Below are positions 54,611-64,000 of a stretch of 64,000 bases of DNA, piece after piece. The notes under the pieces were generated by a model that was not told the origin of the DNA, did not search any database, and saw only the letters and a list, made by a program, of their open reading frames with translations. The stretch is from contig OX597821.1 in assembly GCA_951406725.2 (NCBI GenBank), positions 67,642,001 through 67,706,000 of the forward strand, read 5' to 3'. The position numbers and the translations under genes are program-made. The stretch comes from Octopus vulgaris (taxonomy: Eukaryota). The number at the start of each line of letters is the position of its first letter. Within the stretch, counting starts at the first letter, position 1.

Positions 54611-55244
54611 TGCCAATTCGTCGCCTTAACAATACAAACAATATTGATTTCAAATTTTGGCACAAGTCCAGCATTTTCGAAAGCAATTCAAATTTTTAAT
54701 TTTGCCCTCATACTAATTATCCTGCCATCTCGCCGCCTTAACAGAACCCAAAATATAGGCAGCAACTTTAGCCATACGATCTTATTTACATTAAAAACAA
54801 AACTCTGCAAGAACAGCACCAACAACAACAGTACCTCTATATTGTTCCATATCACTCGATCTGCTTCAAACCGCAGTCAAATTTCTCTCGTACCATAACT
54901 AACCATCTTAAAAGAGGTGAATAAATAATGTTGCCCTTGTTCCACAAAGCCTGATACAGAGAGGAGATAGTCATGGCAAGAGGTGATAGTCATGCCACTG
55001 AACAAGTGTCTGCTGGTTCAGCGCTTATCTAGATTTTTCTCAACAACAAAATATAACCTTCCTTACTCTTACAATTAATTATTTCACTACAGCCATTAAC
55101 GGACCAACAGCAGTGAATCAACGAAGGAAACTTTGGTCAATTTCTTAGAAATGGCAGCCAAATCAGCCTCAAAATAGCTTATCAGCCTTTGTGAACGATT
55201 GATCACGTTTGATAATGTAGTCCTAGATATGCCAGAATATGAAA

Positions 55245-55560
55245 GAACGTAGTTTATTAGTCAGGGTATTTGGATCACGGTCGTGAGGTGGTGAGTTCGA
55301 TTCCTGATGGTATGTTGTGTCCTTGAGCAAGACACTTTATTTCACGTTGCTTCCTCTCAGTCGATTAGCAAAAATGTGTAGTATGTGTATTTCAAATAGT
55401 CAGCTTTGTCACAACTTGTGTCATGCTGAATCTCCTTGAGAAACTACGTTAAGGATATGCGTGTCAGTGGAGTGCTCAGCCACTTGCATGTTAATTTCAC
55501 GAGCAGGTTGTTCAGTTGATCGGATCAAATGGAACCTTCATCATAACCGATGGAGTTCCA
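55245..55560 (+). mobile_element. SINE-D: tRNA head, CORE-like gtgtccttgagcaagacacttta, tail X
   Basis: The tail matches the 34090-34280 module. A partial second copy lies at ~57828-58028. Confidence 0.75.
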
Positions 55561-55654
55561 GTTATTCCAGACCTAAAGATGACATTGTGACGGCATTGTC
55601 GTAGCTCGAACGGTTTTGGTGACCGAGCATATCAGTTTGAGTTTATCTGGGATT

Positions 55655-56285
55655 GTGGAGGCGCAATGGTCCAGTGGTTAGGGCAGCGGACTCGCGGTTG
55701 GAGGATCGCGGTTTCGATTCCCACATCGGGTGCTGTGTGTGTGTTTATTGAGCGAAAACACCTAAAAGCTCCACGAGGCTCCGCCAGGGGATGGTGGTGA
55801 CCCCTGTTGTACTCTTTCGCCACAACTTTCTCTCACTCTCCCTTCCTGTTTCTTGAGTAACGCTGCGATGGACTGGAGTCCCGTCTAGCTGGGGGGGGGG
55901 GCATAAGCCACAGAAACCGGGAAACCGGACCCATGAGCCTGGCTAGGCTTGAAAAGGGCGCATAAATAAAGGAAATATAAATGAAAAGCTGCATAGGTTA
56001 TTTTTGAGAGAATTAGTGTAAACATCACATCACAGGGAGTAACTGATACTGATTTCGAAATTTGGCACGAGGCCTGAAATTCGTGGTCGTGATGATGGTG
56101 GGTAGTCGATTAACTAGACCCTAGTACTCAGCTGGTGTATTTTTTATCGACCCCGAAAGAATGATAGGCAATTGAATTGGCGACCCGTCCAGCTTGGGGG
56201 AACACATACGCCACAGAAACCGGGAAACTGGGCCCATAAGCCTGGCTAGGCTTGATAAGGGCGACCTTTATCCGTTACGTTTACG
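55655..56285 (+). mobile_element. Composite insertion: SINE-B, transduced flank, second SINE-B tail
   Basis: Perfect TSD ttatctgggatt at 55643-55654 and 56286-56297. The middle segment matches the reverse complement of 14547-14747. Confidence 0.88.
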
Positions 56286-57020
56286 TTATCTGGGATTAAA
56301 CAAAAAGAAAAACTACTGCAGCTTAGTCTAGCTAACATCAGCACTAACGTGAACCCGTTACTGCCACCATGCCATCACAGGAAGCACTGCATTAACAATA
56401 GAACTCAATCAACAATGCTCTGTCAGCGCCACCACCGTCACAACTAGCAACCCCCACCGCCCTTCACCATCATCACCATTAACAACAACGCTACTACTTC
56501 ATCAATACCAGCATCGCTCAATAAACAATACCGACGCTAACAGTAACGAGAAGACCTTTTCATGAGCAACACTAATAAAAGCATAACTATAGCCACAACA
56601 GCATCGCTAACATCATCAGCATTGTCATCATTAACACAATCAAGACACCACCACCACCACCACCACCACCATCAACAACAACAACAGCAACAACGGTAAC
56701 GACAACAACACCAACAACGACAACACTATTGATATCATCGGCCAACATCAACATTATTATGATTAGTGCAGGTTGTAAAAACACAAGCTAGCAAGCAATA
56801 TACTGAAATCCACTCACATTCTAATATTTTCCAGCGTTTTATCGTTCCCCGGGGCTATTAACATAATTCGCTTTCTGCTCTGGCTTTTAATCCACCCCTG
56901 GGTACAATTTCAGCCTCAGACAGCTTCAATAATCAAAACAGGTATACTGCTTCGTTTGCTGAAATTGTCGTGGCGGAGGGAGATGTTGGGGACGTTGTTG
57001 GTTTTAGTTATTGCCGTTGA

Positions 57021-57055
<35 letters not shown>

Positions 57056-57209
57056 GTTTGTATTGTCTACTGTTGCTGTTGCTCTTGTTGTAGAAGTGGT
57101 GGTAGTGGTGGTGGTGGTGGTGATAATGGAGGTTGTTGTTGTTGTTGTTGCTGTTGAAGCAGCATTACAAAATTATATTCACTGATCTGATGTGTATTTT
57201 CTTTCGCAG

Positions 57210-57272
57210 ATAAATGACTTTTACGAACGTAAAATGGCAGTCAGGCGCTCTATAGAAAGGCGGTGTGGATGA
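57210..57272 (+). other. Candidate exon (unverified)
   Basis: Acceptor tattttctttcgcAG with upstream ctgat. The phase-0 frame reads INDFYERKMAVRRSIERRCG*. Confidence 0.25.
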
Positions 57273-58911
57273 TTACAAGAACTGGTGATCTGCCGGACTG
57301 GTAGCGCAGTACTGATAATCAAAAGTAAACGCGTATGCATTTATTTGCACAGAGATTCGCCAGTTGTACACACATATAATACATAGCAGCTTACACGAAC
57401 GCCATCATTCCTATACACATGAAACCTTATATAGGAAACCATAAATACAAATTAAATATAAATACACGTAAACCCAAAACTTTATGGACACCCACAGGTA
57501 CTCACATAGACAACAGAAAATACATATAAAGAGATACATATACACCAACAGACATAATAGACCCTACGCAACGGAAGGTTCACTACCCACTGGTTTGGTC
57601 TACTAGAAATAATAACCTAGTCTTACTAAAAAAACCCGCTCTTCTGGTGACGAAAAGATGTCAACTTGAAACAGCGAAGTCTTGGATTCTTTTTTGCCTT
57701 GTACAAAGGCACAGCTGGAATAATTTTGACGATAGGCCTCTCCAACCGTGACTAACGTGGAGACAACCTAAAATAATAAAGTAATGTATAGCTGTGAGTC
57801 AATATGTGTTTGAATATATGCGATAAAGCCGCGTGGCTTAGCTAGGGAATTCAACTCATGATCTTACAGCCGTGAGTTCGATTCTCGGCAAGGCATTGTG
57901 TCCTTGAGCAAGACAATTTATTTATCGATGCTCCAGTCTAGTCAGCTGGTAAAAAGGATTTGTATGTGTAATTCAAAGGCCCAGCATTGACACACTCTGT
58001 TTCACATTGAATCTCCTTGTTAACTACACTCTTATGATTCAGCCAGTTCGTCAACTTAGGATATGCTTAACTTAAAATACATAACCAAACACTTGTGTGA
58101 ATAAATACATGTTCACATAATTGTTAAAGTAATGAACTTGTGAAAAAAGGTTATATATAAATTTATATGCAAACGTTTAAAGCATTTACCGTCGCTTTGC
58201 AAAGAGACACCGTGGTTAATCACAGAACTCTCTGAGAAGAACAAAATGAAAAACGAATCGATTCTTTGTGCCTTCGATTTATAAGTTCGTCAGGAGCAAA
58301 TATGCCATTATTTATTATAATATACTAGATAAATGTTTTTGATATGGCTTCATTTTAAGTTTTATAGCAAATCGGTGAATAGGAATAAAGGCTTTCAGTT
58401 GAATGGTTAGTTATTCCGTTTAAGTGTTCTTTATTTGATGCAGCGAGTTGGTAATATCTGTTTCGGTAGGTGCATGCAAATAGAAGAGGATGCTAGATGG
58501 TAAGCCCATATTCGCACACAGATACACAAATACATGCATTCACAGGCAGACACATGCACACCACTCATACAGCAAATTATATACGGATCGATCGCTGTAT
58601 TTATGCTGCCACTGTGCGTGCACACGTGTGTGTATATGCGGCATGCCGTACTGACGTGCATAAAAGTAAGATTGCACCGCGAAACGGGAAGAAATGCTAA
58701 GATTTGCAAATTGAGTGTAGTAATTATGAAACGATATGCTGATTAACATTGATTACAGCAAGATTAGAAGCTATTATCTGTCAATATATGATGATAAATC
58801 CCGAAATTCCTGAAAAGACTGATAAGTAAATACAGACATATTAGCTATGTCCTTCTTACACAGCTCTGTCGCGTGTGTACATCTACACGGTAAACATGCA
58901 GTGTATCGGAA

Positions 58912-58944
<33 letters not shown>

Positions 58945-58958
58945 CATACATATACATT

Positions 58959-59016
<58 letters not shown>

Positions 59017-59075
59017 ATTGTATTGGCATCCTTTCTGTCTCGGGAGACAATGGAGTTACGCATGAAGTAGTGTAG

Positions 59076-59133
<58 letters not shown>

Positions 59134-59259
59134 ATATATATCCATATATTCATATATATCCATATATTCATACAAATGCATCTATATACACGCACGCAGA
59201 TATATATAAATGCAAATATATGTAATTATGTATGTATATACATGTGCATGTGAGTGTAT

Positions 59260-59307
<48 letters not shown>

Positions 59308-60769
59308 TGTCTATTATGTATATAGGTACACTCACATTTGCTGAAGTAATTGCATATTCTGTTTATAATAATGATCTAATTGTTCTAGATACTGTTATAC
59401 ATAGTGTCCCTGCTGCACTAACAGGCACCCGTACACAGACACACACACGCACACACATACATACATATATTCATACATTCTCAATTCATATATGCATAAT
59501 ACACGCATACACACAAGCTTGTATGTATATATAAGAGGGAGAGAGAAAGAAAGAGAGAGATATGAACGTATTCAGACGAATCAACAAAACGAGAATATTC
59601 GAGTGTCTGTGTATGTGTTTGTTGAAATCAGAATGTGTACGTGTATGCACATGATTGTGTACGTATGCTATGTATTTATACGTCCAGACGTTCGGCTTTC
59701 ATATTCAAAGCGGTTGGTTACTAGACAGATTATATAGAAGTTATTACGTTAATACACTTAATAAAGTGATTAAACTATATGTTGCAGTCTACTGCAGTTG
59801 CTATACAAACTACGCACTTTGTCTATTATATTGTTTAAAGATTGTGGTTTTAAAGTTGGTCTGAACGATTATGAGCCATTCTCACAATCATTCTGGCCTG
59901 GTATTGCCGATAAGCAACGATAATATCCGAAAATAGAAGTAGTTTTACGCCAATAAGCCAAACGTAACACTCTATAAACATGATACGCTGCATTATATTA
60001 GACAATTTCATATGTACAGTCTTCATGTTTTACATAACATAGATTGTTTCACAAATGTTAGGCTTCCTCTTCAAATTCTTATGGATTCACTAGTTGCTAA
60101 CCACCTGTAATAAAAAGCTCAAGTATATAGATGCACGATTATATTCACATACATATATGATGATTATCTCATCTTCTCAGATGATAGGCATTTCACATTC
60201 TGCCTGGTTGTTCTGACTTGCTTTCATCCCTGCATGTGCGCGGATATGACGTTTCACGTCGCGCATCCATCGCCACTGGTTTTTGAAAAATACGGAAAGG
60301 ATCAAGAAATGAAATGAATAGTGAGACAGCTTCACGTTATTGGATTAAAGTGACAAAAGGTTGTGCAACGCCTTTGCCATTTTTGACAAAGCCTGCGGAA
60401 GCAGCTCTTCCAGGTGAAAGGTACTCCGCCAAAACTTGTCAAAAGAGCAACAGTCGTCTTTCAATGACATTAAACAAATATATAACTCCCACGGAAAAAA
60501 ATCGACTCCAGAGGAATGAAAGGTAAATTTGACTTCGGCGGGATTTGATCTGATTGTGTAGAGCCTCGGTAACATGCAGTGAAGCAACGTATCCAACGTC
60601 CCTAATAGATCTGCCAATTCTGCCATACGTACACCGCCGTCGATTGGTACACTTTACATCGACTTCGATGAGAGTCAAATTTGACTTCAGCGAAATTTGA
60701 ACAAAGAACATTGGACAATATATACACGCATACATGCTCACATATATAACTATCCAACCCCCCATCCAT

Positions 60770-61200
60770 CCAACCATACATACATACATACATACATACA
60801 TACATACACACATACATACATACATGATGGCCGTTGACTCGGGACCGAGGAAGGCCATTGCTGACCTTTAGGAACATTGTGCGCTCCAGGACTAACATAT
60901 ATTTTACATTTGCGGCTCCTTTGGTGGCTAAAGAGCCCTTCTCTTGACAAGCATACACGACTGCAAACATTGTAAACCATACAAACATACATACATACAT
61001 TCTTACATACATACATACGTTCATACATGCATACATACATGCATGCATACACACATACATACATACATACATACATACATACATACATACATACATACAT
61101 ACATACATACATACATACATGCATGCATGCATGCATGCATGCATACATACATACATACATACATACATACATACATACATACATACATACATACATACGC
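60770..61200. repeat. (CATA)n/(CATG)n microsatellites
   Basis: Read directly. Similar (TA)n, (CA)n and (CATA)n fields occur at ~8.5-9.8, 23.2-23.9, 31.9-33.7, 45.8-47.3, 51.1-51.8 and 58.9-59.3 kb. Confidence 0.9.
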
Positions 61201-63658
61201 ATGTACACATCCATGTTTACATGCCTGCATACAATTTAGACAGCATTTAGGAGGAAGCTTTCTGGTGGGCGAATTGTTACTCGACAGCATATTTCAATCT
61301 CTAACATATTGTATAGTTTACCCTTTTAGAATACGGAATAGCAAACTACGAAGATGTCAACTTTACCTAAATCTATATCTATACAATGACTTCGGTTGCT
61401 TTCGTTTCAATAAATATGTTACACATCCAATACTATAAACACTGATACTATTCTTGAACCTAGGAAATGTTAGCTTCTGAAAATATTTTCTATTCACATT
61501 TCTGCTATCAACCAACATTTAACAAATCAAATTCATTTACAAACTTACTGCCATCCGCCAGGTATACTGCTGTAATCCTCTACGCAAACTTAAAATATCA
61601 TTATGCTGAGATCCACATTCCCTTGATAACAAACAAATGCAAAACTATCGGTAGACATTTTCCTGTGGGCTGACAGATAAATATAATTTCCACATTTCTA
61701 TAAGTTTCTATGTACATGAAAAGACGAAAATATTGATATTTCGAGTAAAGCATGTTGTATAAGAGAGAAAAAAAAATTTAATAGTGTCTCCGAACAAAAT
61801 ATTTAATCGAAACGTCTATATTCTCATTTATCTATAGCATACGATGGTATTCAAAGTGTACAGTAGCTAAGGCACGGCGACACATTTTCTGATTTACCCA
61901 CAGTGATCCTTGTTCAAATTATACCAAATATCATATTGTATTCCCATTATCGTTTAAGGATGGAAGATCTTGCTCATAAGTCTCTGATACCACTACTCTA
62001 GAAACTAAATATGGAATATGGACAGTAATCTTTTTTAAAACAAATTCCTAATTTAGGACACTTTTGGTCAAAAGCGTTCCTAAAGTGGCACCTAGTGTTG
62101 TTTGCATGTATATGTGAAATATTTTCTCTGGCTATTCTTTAAAACATGGTAGGGTGTTGTTTGAGTGAAACTTGACTGCTATTTTTAGAAACTAGAGCGT
62201 CCTTCTTGAGGTGCTCTAATGCAATAACGTAAATACAATTATCTCTATATATTTTATATATGGAAAAAAAATATATTTATTATTACTTTCCGTCTTTAAA
62301 AATGTCCTTTTTCATAAAATACTTAATTTATATGCCTCAGGCTCTATTATGCAGAAGATTTCTAAAAAGAATGAAACGAATTATTGCCGTACATGATTAT
62401 TACTGCCTAGAACTTTTAAGAACTTCATAATAAATAAGCACAAATATAATCAATAAATATGTGTGTTTTACGCATTTTTCTTATTTCTAAAATTCAAATT
62501 TCGATTTCTATGAAATTTTTTTTAAATTATTACAAATCTGCTAGGAGACACCACGTGAATAGTATTATTGTTTCGTTCAAATTTGAGATGAGAAATATGA
62601 TTGAGGAACGATTCATTTTTAGATTTAATATCTTATTGGGGAAGATAGACTAAATAATGCACTGAGAGTATTTAAGGTGAGAGAAAATATAGGAAGTAGG
62701 AGAAAAGAAAGGTGTAGTTATGAGCATATGCTTTTGACTAACCTCATGTCAACATTAGACCGAATGTATTCCAGATTGTCTGTAGCCTTGCGAGGACACC
62801 GTTTGTCGGACTGTATCTGTAATTAAAAAGATACATTCTGGTCACATTCGGAATCACACTCATACAGTCTGAGAATTACGTTACGGAAACATGCTTATGT
62901 AGAACGCTCAGCCGCAAAAGCTGAATCTTCATTCATGAATGAGGCACTCATTCAAGAATTTTCATTATCAAATGACAGGGATCCACTAACACAAGCATTC
63001 GGAAAACTGACAGCTATTTCTAGCTTGTCAAAAGCCAACGAAAAGCCTCCGTCGTTTGATTGACTGTTTGTTTTGTTTCGTTTTTTTTTTGTTTTTTTAT
63101 CCTTTGTCACTTAATGATATGATGGTAGTTATTGTATTCTATTTAAATTTCATTGTAAGTGGTCTTAAATTCTCTCTCTTCAAATGAAATATCTTTCCTA
63201 AAATAATAATGTTAGTGCTTAAAACAATTATTTCTTATAATTGTTCAGCTTAATTCAACTCATTAGGATTTAATGATACAGCAATTAAGTGAAAGTGATG
63301 AAAATATCGTGTAGAGGGAACTTATGCTGAAGATGTTTATATTTTGTCTCTTGTCCTTTGTATGATGCAACACAAAATGAATTTCTGGTGGGTCATATTA
63401 CAACGTTACCACGTGTAATTTATAAGGTATTTTATGCCATACATACATACATACATACATACATACATACATACATACATACATACATACATACATACAT
63501 ACACATACGCACACATACCCACAGAGACACGCACACTCATACACAGAGACACATACATATACTATTTCTAAGGGACTGGAATTAAATATACAGGATCTTA
63601 ATTATCCGAGTTTGCAATAATAAACACAAATACGTACATACATACATACATACATACA

Positions 63659-63717
<59 letters not shown>

Positions 63718-63791
63718 AAACAGTGCACTGAACACAAAAAGGATATTTATAGTTGAAAATGTTTCCAAAGATATATATATATATCTAATTT

Positions 63792-63834
<43 letters not shown>

Positions 63835-64000
63835 AGAAAAATTTGGTGCAGAACGTTTGCCCATCAATTGTGTTTCCGCTTTGTTCATAAGTTCAAAAAA
63901 CTGAAGTGTTAAACAAACCAAAAGTGCCAAAGTCGTTACAGATACGCACAGATGTTACAACAAACTGCAGAGGAGCCCGAAGTCTTTGACGTTTGTCTCA

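Noticed and set aside
63900-64000. Possible coding start at the window edge (MLQQTAEEPEVFDVCL)
   Set aside because: Too short and truncated, two frames are open, and there is no polypyrimidine acceptor.

Overview
AT-rich eukaryotic non-coding DNA, intronic or intergenic, saturated with microsatellites. The repeat repertoire suggests an octopus or other coleoid cephalopod (inference). I see no intact protein-coding gene, and almost all listed ORFs are translations of (TA)n, (CA)n, (CATA)n or (GATA)n tracts. The real content is: at least four tRNA-derived SINE families built from shared modules (called SINE-A to SINE-D here); one 5S rRNA copy abutting a SINE; decayed LINE fragments (L1/Tx1-like, R4/Dong-like, RTE, CR1/L2); decayed DNA transposons (mariner, Tc1/maT-like, hAT, Chapaev-like, MITEs, a Helitron end); and Penelope-like retroelement (PLE) remnants in microsatellites with inverted repeats and minimal hammerhead-ribozyme motifs. 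The most notable observation is a TSD-flanked composite insertion at 55655-56285. It carries ~200 bp of the 3' flank of a SINE located ~41 kb away in the same window (14547-15083), an apparent SINE-driven 3' transduction with donor and daughter both visible. All calls are by eye; family names were not checked against databases.
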